Below, piece after piece: positions 1 through 13,821 of a stretch of 64,000 bases of DNA. Below the pieces are notes generated by a model. The model was not told the origin of the DNA. It was given only the letters and a program-made list of their open reading frames with translations, and did not search any database. How positions within the stretch are numbered: the first letter of the stretch is position 1; the number at the start of each line of letters is the position of its first letter. Made by a program: the position numbers and the translations under genes. Origin of the DNA: Eledone cirrhosa (lineage: Eukaryota); contig OZ024742.1 in assembly GCA_964016885.1 (NCBI GenBank), positions 285,014,001 through 285,078,000 on the forward strand, in the 5' to 3' direction.

Positions 1-317
1 CTGATCAATATATTATACCCATCAATATATATACTGATCAATATATATATATACTCATCAATATATATATATACATCTATTCATCAATATATATATATAT
101 ATATATACACACATATTATACATCTATTCATCAATATTTATATATATATAAATACATATATACATTCATCTATTCATCAATATTTATATATATTTAAATA
201 CATATATACATCAATGTGTATATATATATACACACATCAATGTGTACACACATATATATATATACACGTATCTATCGTTCTACACAGTATATATCTGAAG
301 ATTTTTAAAGGGGTGTA

Positions 318-356
<39 letters not shown>

Positions 357-993
357 TTCAAGTTCTTTGTTCTTCACTCAAGACATTTTTACAATCTGAA
401 AATGTTTGCTTTCATACTTCCATGTCATATGTGTAAGTACTTATATTTTCCGGTAGGTTCTTTCAGTTGCCCCCTTTGTCTTCTACCAATTTTAAAGTCA
501 TGTTATCGAAAAATATATATATATGCGTCTGTGTAAGTGTATGTATGACTCTATTGTATTATTTGTTTGTTTATTTGAGCCCTGAAACTAAGATGGCTTA
601 CCTTCCTTTGTCGCCCATCCTGATCAAGATACCTTACTGTTCTGGGTTATGACGGCAAAGTGCTGAGTATTTATCCAAAATGGCAGATCTCGTTTTGTCT
701 CGTCTGAAATCACTTGAAAACTCACGATGACTTTGCACAAAAAAATATATTTATATAAAACCTATATATGTATATATACATATATATAGAAACATTGAGA
801 GAGAAATGTATGCATAATATATATACATATATAGAAACAGAGAGTAAGATATGTAAATATATATATATATATATTCTAAATTACGTAGATAGATTCTTTT
901 TATTTTATTTTTTCAATAATTGTCGAAAAAAATCGTTTTAACTGGTAAATATGATAAATGATATATATATATAAACATATTAGGTTTATATAT

Positions 994-1035
<42 letters not shown>

Positions 1036-1180
1036 TGTATACCTTATATATATATATAATTGCGTTTTAAACGTATATCAATTCATTTTTAAAAGCATGT
1101 TTTATGTCTATATACATGTATATATATATATATATGTACACATGTATGTTGTATATAAATAGGTATATATATATATTACT
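1..1180. repeat. (AT)n/(AC)n microsatellite-rich low-complexity tract
   Basis: Long runs of atatat/acac, with short repeated 'catctattcatcaatat' units at 1-215. Confidence 0.9.
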
Positions 1181-2067
1181 ATTCATTATATAAGTGTGTG
1201 TGTCGGTGTTAACCAGAGAAAGTGTACCCAATGCCATAGTAGAGTTTAGTATTTTATTACGGTTGATCTAGATCCAGTAACCTGTTACTTTGGAGTTTTT
1301 CCGGCATGACGCAGCTTGCTTAGACAGGAAAAAAAACGTCCTGTCTGAGAAACCGGTCTCATGCCGGAAGAACTCCAGAGTAACAAACTATCTGCACATA
1401 AAAGAGAGATATAATATACCTACTCTTATGTATAAATCCATACACGTATATACGTACACACATAATTTTCAACTTTAATTATGTTCTACTAAACTTTTAC
1501 GGTATAACTGCAGTTCAGTGCCTCCTTCGAAAATGAAAGTGTATTACGTTTACTTAGTAAATGAAAAAGGAACAAAATACTTTCATTGGTGTATAGTTCG
1601 TTAATGGTTTTATTACTGAATAAAACTGTATTTGAAGCAAGATAAACGTAGACAATGTTTTCGTCATGAATTCCAATTTCATGTTGATAATGAATATCAA
1701 TCAGGTTAATGTCAGATTATTTTTCTACGGAATCATATAATTTCTACTACTATAAATCGCGGAATTTATTTCTTGTTTAATTACAATTTCGAAAACATCT
1801 GTAAAATTTCATTTAAAATGAAGAAAGAGAGAGACTTAGCGAAATTTTCTTTGTTTATCTTATCTGAATCGTGATTTTTTTTTTTCACCTATTTCCCCCA
1901 AAATATTCTATAAACATTAAACACTATAAAATAAGAAAAAAGGTCATATTCTGCTATTAATTTCTTTTTAAAGACGACAAATTTAGTATCAGCACAACTA
2001 ATTTGGTTTCTCTCATATATATATATACATATATATGCTGCAACACTGACTTCGATTCTTTTAAATC

Positions 2068-2415
2068 TTATCATCATCCTCCACCCTCTTCGCCCACTTA
2101 TTCCTGAGAGGGTCATGGGGGCAGAGTCCTCAAACACCCCTTCCAGCGGGTCCTGTCAAAAGCAACCTTCCCCAAGTGAGACCAAGCTCATGGATGTTAT
2201 CCAACCATCTTGCTCGAGGTCTACCCTTGCGTCTCCAGTCGGTTGGTTTTGCCCATAAAATCTGTCCAGCGATTCTTTCCCGAGACATTCTAACCACATG
2301 CCCACAGTATCTGAGCTGTGATCTCTCAATTCGGAGAAGTAGTGGCTCTACCTGGAGTAACTCTCTGAGTTACACACGCTTATCGAGTGAAACCTATTTC
2401 GGCCGCTTGTATTCG
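2068..2415 (-). mobile_element. 3' fragment of a non-LTR (RTE-like) retrotransposon
   Basis: Minus strand reads like a LINE ORF2 C-terminus (WLECLGK...RRKGRPRARWLDNI) and ends in a (GAT)n-like tail. Confidence 0.55.
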
Positions 2416-3289
2416 CAATATACGTACATTCATAAGTATATCGCTATTTCAGAACACCAATAAAAAATTTCTAATTGATGCTGGGTTGGCAACCGCTCAG
2501 TATACAAATGAGTTTCAACAGCCCATAAACATAATTGAAATTCTGTAAGAATCCAGCTTCGATAGAGTTCAGCAAAGGCATAGGGATATGTAGTTTTGAT
2601 GAGTGAGAAACGGTGACATCAATTACTTCCCCTTGTCTTTGCTGAAGCTAGGTACGTGACGTTCATCATTACCGTAAAATTCATAGTGAAAGGCCTTGAA
2701 AATGTTTTTAAATAAACATACAGTATATTGTTAAATATACAATACGTACATTTATATATAGGTATACGAGATATCGTTTTCGGCTTCCCTAGTTCAGTAA
2801 CATTGGGATATATTCCTCTGTATTTGAATTCGATTTTTCACGAGTGATAATCGAGAATAGCGATTTCAAAACAGCTACCAAGCAATGAAACATGTAAATG
2901 CTAGAAATAAATCTTACTGTACTGCTTATCTGTGTTAATTTCTTTTTATCTATTATATATATACTAGCTGGCCCCATGCCGCCAAAACTGACAGCTAATT
3001 GTAATATCTATACATAATATAAAAAAAGAGATGTTTGTTGGTTCCTTTGTGCTCACTCACACGAGTGATACAAACACACAGCTGTGATAAATCTTAGAAT
3101 GCTGGACTTCTATAGTTTCTCACCACTCTCTCCTTCCTCAGTCATCTCATAAATGTGTGTATATATGTAATAATCAATTTTTCTAAGTGTGTCTGTTTAT
3201 ATATATATGTATGTGTAGATTTGCGTGTGTTTGTAATTCTATTGTCTAAGTATATTTCTAAATATAAACACATATACACTCACAGAAAT

Positions 3290-4520
3290 ATTTTCAACAT
3301 TAGAGAAAGCAAATGTTCCACTATCATTTTGGACACTCTTTTCCCCAACCACATCACAATTTTCTCTGGCACACTGTCTTGCAATCCTGAACACTTCATG
3401 CCTCTGATGTTCACGATATAGAACATGTGCAAACTTCTTTTCTGCGTCTCCTCTCACTAGATATATTTGGCACCTGGCCTCTCTTCTAGCCATTTGTTAT
3501 TGCTATCTCTATACTCCATTCCTGCAAACTTCTCTTTTTGTTTGAATGGCTCTTTCTACCTTATTATTCCACCACCATGTCACCTTCCATCTTGATGGAA
3601 CCTTGCTCATGGAGTCTGCCAGATTGTTCCATAGAAATTTGCAATTTTTTTCTGTTCTGTTATATGTCCCCAACTCATTTTCCTTACTGCCATAGGCATC
3701 AAGTAAGATTTTTCTGAATTTTTTCTCTACAGAGGGTTCTCTCGGTTTACATGTCTTCCTTCTCCAGACTAACTCATGTCTCACGTTGGGAAGTACATTC
3801 CTCCACGGGAAAGAACTAGGCATTCACAACCATATGCCTGTCTTGTTTCCTGGTGAGAACAAAGTCTATTTGGCTTGTGTGGCCACCTGATTGGTAAAGT
3901 GATCAGGCTGACTGGTTTCCTGAACTCTGAATTGCAAATGGTTAGGTTGAGAGCATCACAGAATTCTAGAAACCTAGATCCCTTCTCATGTCTTGTACTG
4001 TAACTGTTGCCTTTATCTACACCAAAAAATCCATTATGGTGTTCCCCAACATGTTCATTGATGTCACCAGCTCTGATGATGACATTCCTCATTTATCATT
4101 GAAGAAGTCTGCAGGAGGACCTCATAGAAGTGGTCTTTCTGTTTGTCTGCAAGTCCAGCTTGTGGAACATATATAGATAGTAAAGTGGTTGTTGTATTGC
4201 CCAAGGCTAGCCAAAATTTAATTATTCTATCACACATTCTGACTACCTCAGATTACCTGGTCTACCCAACTCTCAGCTAGAAGTATACCTACCCCATTTT
4301 TGTTACTCATCCAGAAGAATTTACACCTGTGTTCCTTGCCTGTGATGAATCTGGCCAATGTGTCCTTCCACCTCACTTCTTGCACACAGCACACATCTAA
4401 TAGTCTCCACTCTAACTTTTCTACAATCTCACCATACCTTTCATTACTCCAACATTTAATGTGACAAATCTGAAGTCCTGTGCTTGGTGGGAAGGGAGGT
4501 GCATGGGTGTCATTTTCCTT
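3290..4520 (-). mobile_element. Degenerate RTE-type LINE, endonuclease region
   Basis: ORF fragments AGDINEHVG, LEFCDALNLTICNSEFRK, TWWWNNKV, EVFRIARQCAREN match the longer copies at 54.3 kb and 60.3 kb. Confidence 0.8.
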
Positions 4521-5107
4521 TCCTGGGTTTCAGGGGTAAGAAAGCTGCACAGCTGTTTGGAGATAATCAGAGGATTCACATGTCTGTTAGGTTCTTTCAT
4601 GTATTGTATTGTCACTCAGATGTTTGTAGTCACCACTAGTACCGGCATCAGCTGAAGCCATAACCAGTCACTTGCTCAATTGTACCCAACATAGGCCATC
4701 CATGTATTTCTGATGATTCCAGTATTTACTATAGTGGAAGGCTGAGAAGGGGCTTGTTTCAGAGGATGCCCAGTCATCATCGCAGGAGGTGCTGGTGGTG
4801 GTCGTGGGGAGTGAGGATGGGAAATGGTGTCCAGGATGTTCTATACAGTATAGTTCATGCTTTTACAAATACTGATCTAAGCAATAATAATAGTCCAGGC
4901 TATGCTTAGGAAAAAAAGCAGAAACAAACTTTAGATGCAATAATAATTCCTTAGATGCAATCTATATTATAATAAGAGTGTTGTATGTCCGTCCGTCCAT
5001 CATGTTCACTTGATATAGAGAGGGGCAGTGCCAAGTGAGAGATATGTATATAGATAGAGAGAGTGTGTGTGACAGAAAGAGGAAGAATACGTCACCCTCA
5101 TCTAGTA

Positions 5108-5300
5108 ATAATTGTTTCTACTTTTGGCACAAGGCCAGCAATTACCCAGTGCATTACTGGTACTTTATTTTATCGACCCCGTAAGGATAAAAGGCAAAGT
5201 TAACCTCGGCAGGATTTGAACTCAGAATGGCAAGGGCCATAACTATGCATCAAAGCATGGCATCCGACCCTCTACCGATACTGCCAATCCACCACCCTTC
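5108..5300 (-). mobile_element. tRNA-derived SINE (family 1)
   Basis: Minus strand has A-box-like TGGCAGTATCGG and B-box GAGTTCAAATCC, then body 'ggggtcgataaaataaagtaccag'; further copies at 18403, 22345 and 45060. Confidence 0.75.
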
Positions 5301-5624
5301 CCAGCTATGCTTAGAAGAATTTTTTAGATTTGAGTCTATATTCTGTTTGGCTGTTTAGATCTAGAAAGTAAAATTACACAATACCTAAGATTTAGTTTTA
5401 AGTCTAAAAGGTTGTTTGCAACATACTTTGGCTGGTCAGTAGTTACCACTAGAGATTTTTTCTCACATAGTTCCATAAAGCTTTGAGTACATTTTGGGTA
5501 GCTTTAAATATATACATACAGACACACATATATATATATACATACAGGTTCACCTGATGAATCTTAGCACCCACACATTATTCAGGATTACCCCACTCCT
5601 ACTCTACCCAGGATAACACCTTAA

Positions 5625-5814
5625 CCCTTTAGCATTCACATTACTCTATATATACTATTATATTTTCATGGTAAAGGCTTTATCTCACATAATATTGAAT
5701 CTATGAGATTGAGAACAATACCCTAACATCAGTTAGAGTGACCAGTTAAAGCCAATTTCAACAGAAAAAGGTAGAGAATTCTGGTCGGTTTTGGCCGGTT
5801 TGAACATTAAAGGG
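5625..5814. mobile_element. piggyBac-type MITE
   Basis: TTAA|CCCTTTAGCATT...CATTAAAGGG|TTAA: terminal inverted repeats with a TTAA target duplication; homologous copies at ~7962-8175 and ~42050-42255. Confidence 0.8.
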
Positions 5815-6763
5815 TTAAAATCCTGATACACCAGTCATAACCTTTCCTCACTATTATCATCCATGCTATCAGACAACACTCCTACTCCCCACTGTCAAAT
5901 CCCACTACCCAACCATACTTGTCATACACCCATGACATCATACATATTCTTCAACCACTCCTATAGGGTAGAGTGGGCTCTTCTGTTGAGTCAATAACCA
6001 ACAACCTTTCTTATGCTGGTGCCATGAATAATGCACCAACTACACATTATAAAAAGTTTGGCAATAGAAAGGGTACCCTGCAGCAGAAACCATGCCAAAA
6101 GGGCTTGAGAGGACTCCTTGGTTTACCAAGGGCATAACAACCTCTCTAGTATTTTTGATAAACACAATAAATGCACCCAGTACATTCTGTAAAGTAGTTG
6201 GTGATAGGAAGGGCATCTAGCCACAGAAAACTTACTAAGCAAAAAATCAAGATTCTTCAGTTGTGGCAAATACATACCTTCCCTGTGTTGGTTATCTACA
6301 TGATAACTGTTCCCAGTACACTTTATAAAGCAGTTGGTGATAGGAAGAGCATCCAGCTGTAACCCCCCTGCTAAACAAGGGGTCAACAGAACTCTTCAGT
6401 AGTGTTAAAGACATGCCAACCTCTCCAGTGAAGGTGCCATGATAAAATTCACTTGGTAGAGCATGGGAATAGATGTATATAAGATGTGGGGTCTCGGCCC
6501 ATCTGAGAAATCAGTAGTACCGCTTGTGTAGACTTGGTCTTTGACAACCCATCCAACCCTTGCTAGCAGGGAAAACAGAGGTTAGTAATAATAAATACAA
6601 AGACCAAAATCCAAAGAGGCCTCAATAAGGATTGTATATATATATATATAAGTATATACAAACCTGTAGAGCAAATGATTGGGGTCGATAAAATAAAGTA
6701 CCAGTAATGTACTGAGTAATTGCTGGCCTTGTGCCAATAGTAGAAACAATTATTAGTATAGAT

Positions 6764-7014
6764 CAGTGGTTCCCAACCTTTTGTGCCCCATCTCACCATC
6801 CCAAATATTTTTATAAAAACAGTAATGATCAACTACAAAGTGTAAACAAATTGTGTGGAGGTGGTGAGACAGGAGTTGCTGACCATAATTTGTTCCAAAT
6901 TTATCTTGGTGGTGTAAAAGTAATAGGGTAAAATCTGAAGTTTGCACTCATTAACATTATTTTCAAATTGTTCCCTTCCCCTGTGGGGCATGAGCCCTAT
7001 GTTGGGAACCACTG
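6764..7014. mobile_element. hAT-type MITE
   Basis: TIRs CAGTGGTTCCCAAC / GTTGGGAACCACTG flanked by a perfect 8-bp TSD GTATAGAT (6756-6763, 7015-7022). Confidence 0.9.
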
Positions 7015-7961
7015 GTATAGATTCATCTGTACTAATAATATATATAAAAAGTTGTTTAGAAGATTTTGAATAATTTACAACCATGCTTCAACAAGTAGTA
7101 AATGAGGTGTCAAAAATATATAACCATACAAATTACCATTTAATGTTACCTATTACTACTCACCCATCATATATATATATATATATTTCCCTGTTCTTAC
7201 CTCTTTGGATCATATAATCCAAGTCAGTGATGTCATATCTTGATTTCCAGTTGTTGCAATTTCATTTCACTTGGTTAATATCTTTGAGAAAAAAACAACA
7301 ACCTAAGCATCTTAGTAATAGTCTTCCTTTTCTCCCCTACCGTATCTTCACCCTCTTCCTCCCCCACCAACGTCTTCACTTTATCATCAGTATGAAACCA
7401 GAATAACAATGAAATAACCAGGAGATATTTTGACTTGAACACTGACAAATTAACCTGGTAACAATTTAATTGAGGGTAAATTCATGGTCAAATTCACAGA
7501 TGAAGAAATGTCCTGGTGGCCTTGTTCAAATAGTTGGATATTATTTGTTGGGTGGACAAACAATTTTGTGATCTTCAAAATAGTTCTACTTTATCTTTTT
7601 ATCTCTCTCATCCTTCATTGCCCTTCACTCTTTTCCTTTGGCAGCATGTGATCCCTTATTCTAGAAACTAAAAAAAATGTTTCTATTAATTATAAACTAA
7701 TTCTATCTTAAAAAAAAAACAAAAAAAACATTCTCTAAATAAATACAAATATTGATCTATCGACAAGGTTGTTGCTGTTATTCTACCTCTGTAAGGCAAC
7801 TAGTGCTGGTGCCATAAAAAACGCTACCAGTATAATGCTGTAAAAAGCTTGGCATTTGGAAGGGCATTCAGCCATAAAAAACAAACAAACCAAATATGGA
7901 ACATATGAGCAAGATGTGATCACCTCTCCTGTCTAGCTTCATAATGTGACAGTTCATTTAA

Positions 7962-8175
7962 CCCTTTAGCATTTACATTACTCTTTAAAAACTATTGTAT
8001 TTTGATGGTAAACACATTATTCCACATATTTATCTCATAATATCAAATCTAAGAGATTTTGACATTTATTTTGAGAACAATACCTTAACATCAGTATGAG
8101 TGGCCAGTTACGACTGGTTTAAACAGAAAGAGGTGAGAAAGTTCTGGCCAGATACGGCTGGTTTAAATGCTAAAC
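7962..8175. mobile_element. piggyBac-type MITE, second copy
   Basis: Begins TTAA|CCCTTTAGCATT and aligns with 5625-5814; right end truncated. Confidence 0.7.
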
Positions 8176-11100
8176 ATGGAAAATAAATGTTAAACAGAGA
8201 AGATGATGATGAACTACATACTGCCGAGGAAGAAGAGGGGAATAAAATAAACTAACATTTTTTTTCTTCAATTCTGACTAGACTAGTTACTTTTATTTAC
8301 TTAACAACAAAAACAATTATCATCACCATCACAACTTCACGTTCATTTTTTATGCTTGCATGGGTTAGATGGTTTGTCACGTTCTGATGCTAGACCAGCC
8401 AGATGACCACATTTATCTCATACATTTCATTTCTGGCATGGTTTCTACATCTAGATGCCATTCCTAATGCCAACAACTTCATGTGTACTGGGGGCATTTT
8501 ACCTAACAGGGTGGACTGGACTTTTTTTTTCATCATGGCACCAACACTAACACTTTACAGTGTTGACTGGAAGCATTTTATTGTGTCATCAGCACTGCAC
8601 CAGTTACAACTTTATGGTGCTAGCTGTGGCCTCAGTCAGGGAGGCGGCAGGGGGGGGGGGGGGGATGATGAGAGTTGGTAGGAAGAGAGCTACATCTTGT
8701 TTGCTGAGTGTGACAGCAGGAGCAAAGTCATGCCATTGGCTGTGAAGAGAGTGAGTGGCATCTTGCAGATCATTGTGAGGTGTGCCTAACTTTCCTGGTA
8801 GGCCTGGGCTAGTTGGGAAAGGTGAATTGGGAGTATAAATGGTTCGGGACAAAAGTCAGGGTATGCATCCATCTTTCCATGCTGGCATGGATGATGAAGT
8901 GAGGAATGAAGAATTTGAGGAGGGTAGGAATAAAGGGTGAGTAAACTAGATGGTGAGGTGAGTGTACTGGCAGAAGTACTGCCTCTTCATTTACCATCCT
9001 CCCCATGCTCGTTACATCTCTTTATCTCACCTACTCTATCTAAACAGATGTTAGAAAAATGTGTAACATTGTTCAACACTTCTCAGCTGATTTATGTTCT
9101 AGACTATTCAATGTAGCTATTCATAATTGAAGTGTTTCACCAGTATATAATATCAGCAATATCTTATGGAGCAAAAGACATGGTTGATGATTAAAAATAT
9201 GGAACAGAAGCTTAGAACAACAAAGAAATATGATAGTGCTTGTGTTACGATAAAATGCTCCCAGCACACACTGTAAAGTGGTTGGCATTACAAAGGGCAT
9301 TCAGTTGTAGAAACCATGCCAAAAATGAAATGTATGAACCATGATTGCCTGACCAGTCTAGTCTCAGAACATGACAACCCATCAAACCCATGGAAACGTG
9401 GGAAATAGATGTTAAACAATGATGAATATAGTGATGAGACATGTTAAGAATCACTAAAATAAACAAAACAGAAAAACCTGTCAATGGATAAGCGAGCAAA
9501 CACAAGTACAAGACATTATAAAACATTAAGAGAAAATTGATAGGGAGAGGGCATTTGGCATAGCCAAATGGATAAAACTATACAGAAAATAGAGACTGAC
9601 GTAAGATAGGTTTGCATTGTTGAGGAAGACAGGATAAGATTGCATAGTTGAGGAATTCATGGATGAGAGCAGCACAGGATAGGAACAATTGGTACTGGCT
9701 AGGAAGAGGTCTTCACTTTGCAGAGGGCAAATAATAGCTGAGAATAATGATGATGTATACATTCTTGGTGGAGTTACACCCAGTAATAAAATATTTGAGT
9801 CACCAAAAATACAGTTTCATCCAGAGATCCAAACAGAAAATTTTGCAGTTATCTACATTTTTATGAAAAACTTTTAAGAACAAATGAAAATCACTTTTTT
9901 TTAAAACAAAATAAACACATTGATATATTCATTGTATTTTCAAATAATTTCACACATTTTATTTATTCTTTATACTTTACATTATTTTTTTGATATATTC
10001 TTTTTCTTTGGCACTTTATATTTTTGAAGACAATATTCCACAAGAGATAAGATTTAAGACAACTCTGACATCAAATTATCATTTTTCAAAATGCACATAT
10101 TTCTGATAGCAATTAATCTACTATTATATTAAAGCTGTCATATATTTCATCGAAAACGTTTTTAATTCCACACTGTAACAAGTTTTTGTGGAAAGGGGAT
10201 GGAAGAGAGTATGTATGAGAGAATGAAAGAGAGAAATATTTTTAATCTTAGACAATTGTTATTTGTGAATATATATAACTTTTAAAATGTCATATTGATC
10301 TTTAATACTTAGTGGTTTATAATTAAATCATGGAATTTTCACAGAGTCAGCTAGTAATTACAAAATTGTGATAAATGTATGTTGCTTATAACCAGACTAA
10401 TTACTACAGTTAATCAAAAATAAATTCCAAATGCATTGCTACGATTTCAAAACAACAGATTAATCAATACATTTATATAAGCTACATTTACAAATTACAC
10501 TAGTCATCACTTAGTCAAATTTGACAGAAAGTCCATACATATGATGGATTTTCTGCTGACTTTGACAATAAGCATTCAGTTGCTCAACCCAGTGAACAAA
10601 CAAACTTGTGAATTAATGTGTAAGTAGCTGAATATTCCATAGACATGTGTGTTAACATAATTTCCAAACTGAATCAGCATCTTACAATATGTGACAAGGC
10701 TGGATAACAGATACAATCCATATGACAGTTTCCATCTTCCCAATTATACTCACAAAGCTTGAGTTGACCTGAGGCAATCGTAAAGACATTTACCCCAAAA
10801 GCCACTCCAAAGGATCAAACTATGAGTGCAAAAACTACTTACCCTCTTAACATTCAGCCATGCATACACCCATACATTTATATAAAATATAATCACAGAT
10901 TACACCAGACATTATCACTTATAGTAAGATTGAACCAAGTTAATGGTTATATTGACTCATAGCAGTTTACATTCAGAAAGCAGAAAAGTTACATTCATGA
11001 AGTGTAAGATGTCACACGACAAAACAAGATTGCTTTAAAGAATAGGGAATGGAGAAATAAGGCTTTCTATAATAATTCTACTAAAATTTCACAATAACAC

Positions 11101-11853
11101 TAAACTCTAATTCATTTTTCAAGATTTACTATAAATTCCAATGTAGGATATCATATTTTGATTTATTCATGTTGACAGTTTCTTCTATTATGTTTTCCAC
11201 AATTATGACACTGATATGGTCTCACAATTGTGTCAATATATTTGAGGCTAATTACATCATAAAAAGAATATCTTCACCATAGATATCACTTGTATGAATA
11301 TCTTTGAGAAGCCCATGTATTGTTCAGTAAAAACATTATACTGTTTATATCAGTTACCATCATTGTTCAACTACAGTTGCAGTCTCATTGTAAAATAGTT
11401 AGTCCTGGTAATCAGTAAGATTTGAATCCATAGGCAGCATTTGAACTCAAAGTATAAAATGCTGATACAGATATTGCAAGCAATCTCATCTGACAACAAT
11501 TCTGCCAATCCACCACTATCAACTGGTACTCTATTTTATCAACTCTGAATAGATAAAAAGCAGTTTATCTCAGAGGGATTTGAACTGAGGACACAGAGCC
11601 TGAACAAATACCACAAAATATTCTATCCAACACTCAAATGACTGATAATTCATATAGTTTACCAAATATCTGTCCTAAGTAGATGTTTAACCCAAGATAT
11701 CAAAATGGCATACAAAAGAATTTACATACACACCATACAGCAAAATATTATTCTGACTATAAATAGGATGAGTGGTCCAGTTCTTTATAAGTTAGTCAGC
11801 CCTTCCAATAAATCTTGAGTTGATGTTTACAGGAACAATGTGTTCTTCTAGAG

Positions 11854-12114
11854 CAGGGGTTGGGAATCTGCAGCTCTTTAGTCTAATTTGACTGGCTATT
11901 TGGCGTTAAGAAAATTTAGTTATTTATTTACTATTACAACTCAGGCATTGACACAATTTCATGTAAGATGCACAATCCCAAAATGTTAGCTAAATTTATG
12001 TTATCTTGTAAGCATTTTTGTTTTTAAATAAATCATGCAGCTCTGATAGTTTGAATAATAATAATTTTTTCAGCTAAAAATGGTTGTTCAGATAGAAAAG
12101 GTTCCCAACTCTTA
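11854..12114. mobile_element. Degenerate hAT-type MITE
   Basis: CAGGGGTTGGGAA...TTCCCAACTCTTA imperfect TIRs, with a degenerate 8-bp TSD (ttctagag/cactagag). Confidence 0.55.
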
Positions 12115-13511
12115 CACTAGAGGATTGCAGTTCAGGGCAGTATGGATTAGTAGGAGTGTTTAGTGAAGGAAGTTACTGTACAAGATCCCTGAAGATTGAG
12201 GTCTAGCCTTTTTATGAACAATGGCTTGTGTGTTGATCAACTAGAGAATGAGGTACACATGACTGCTTTCTTAATTTGTGTAATTCAAAGAGACTAGGCT
12301 GTTATATAACACATTGAAGGATGTTTTCAAGATGCCTGTTGTTCATGGAGGTAGTCAGTATAAGATTGATGTGTGATGTTTAAGTTGCACATAAATGTTG
12401 CTGTATGTAGGAGTGAATGGTGGACTCATCTGTATAGCAGTCTGTGTTTTTTTATAAATAAAAGTAAATAACAATGATACAGAAACTGTATTGGTGGTCT
12501 ATGAAAAGGTAGCTGTTTACAACTAATTCCATAATTATTTGAGAGAGAGAGAGGGAGGAGGGGACCATTTGGGGGAATATGGCAGACTGCCATAGATCTA
12601 GACAAATCGTGATAGATAAAGACGAAAAAATTTAGTTAGAATTGTATGTAGTTCTAGAAGGCAGCAATAAGGAATGAACTAGTCACTTTTTTGGGTTGAA
12701 GTGATTCAGCAATTATCACATATGACTGCATTTATGTGGTGATGGTGAAATTGGGGATATTGGAAAGGAGAGTTTTGGGAGGAGGCAGTGTGGATTTAAA
12801 ATGAGGTGACTAACTCGTGTAGAAGTAATGTGTTGCTAACACAGCTATCGTAAGTGAGAAACAATGGGGTTTAGACAATTCTGAAATGTCAGTAGAGACC
12901 ACCTTCGCAAGGGACCAGAGGACTCTGCTATAGTTTGAGAGATGTGATCATACAGACTGTGTGCTTTACTTTTCTCAGAGCCTGAAAGATGTTGTGAAAG
13001 TGGATATAAACCTCGATATTCAACTAGCGTTTTAAAGCTATTATCCCTGCTAAAGGTCTCATTACAAGCTTCTCCATTTTACCCTATCATCTGCACTCTC
13101 TTCAACTCATCCACCAACTTTCATTTCCTCCATGTTATGTCTTTCTCAGTCTTCCTCTTCTAGTGTAAATAAGGGACTTATTTCAAGTTTTGTAGACAGT
13201 GTTCAACACCTATGCAGGCCAACAGGATAAACCACTTTAGAATGTTGCGATCATAAGCTTTGATTGCGTGAAAGATCTGTTGATCATATCTGATGCTTGC
13301 AGCTGAGTAAACTCAACTAAAATAACCCCTTGTTAAAGTTGGTGGTGCTGCTAAAGCAGGCAGCATGTCAGGTAAATTTACAGCAAAATTAAAATACTTT
13401 AACATACAGTTAGCTGATCTGGTCGAGAGCATTCCACATTATTCGTCTCAAACCATTAACATGATTAGTTTTAGCTCTGTATTGCAGAAGAAATATAAGT
13501 TGCAGTTTTAA

Positions 13512-13740
13512 CCCATTTGATACCCTACCCTCGCTTCGATGATGCCAAGCTGTTTAAAGTATTTATATTTATTTAAACACCCTCAATCATAATTTTATGA
13601 AAGAACATTTAAGTTATGTTCCAAACAACAGCTTCAAAATTAGCTTTATTACTAAACCCTTCCAAATTCTTGATTATTTTCAAAATGATTTGAAAATCAC
13701 AAGCTGTGTTTTTCATTAGACATATGGTAACGAAAGGGGT
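13512..13740. mobile_element. piggyBac-like MITE, second family
   Basis: ttaa-cccatttgatacc ... ggtaacgaaagggg-taa imperfect TIRs; the same right half recurs at ~21730-21903. Confidence 0.5.
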
Positions 13741-13821
13741 AATGTATATTAAAAAAAAGACAGCAGCTATCACATTGCAATATATATCAATGATCTATCT
13801 CCAATACTTAAGACAGTATAG

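Noticed and set aside
214-652. Short ORFs rich in Y/I/C/V (also 28593-28861)
   Set aside because: Translations of (AT)n/(GT)n microsatellites.
5108-5300. A/B-box sequences as tRNA genes (also 18403, 20950, 31425)
   Set aside because: No cloverleaf; they continue into shared SINE bodies.
12120-13450. Possible old LINE remnant (also 16640-17400)
   Set aside because: Too degenerate to assign a family or boundaries by eye.
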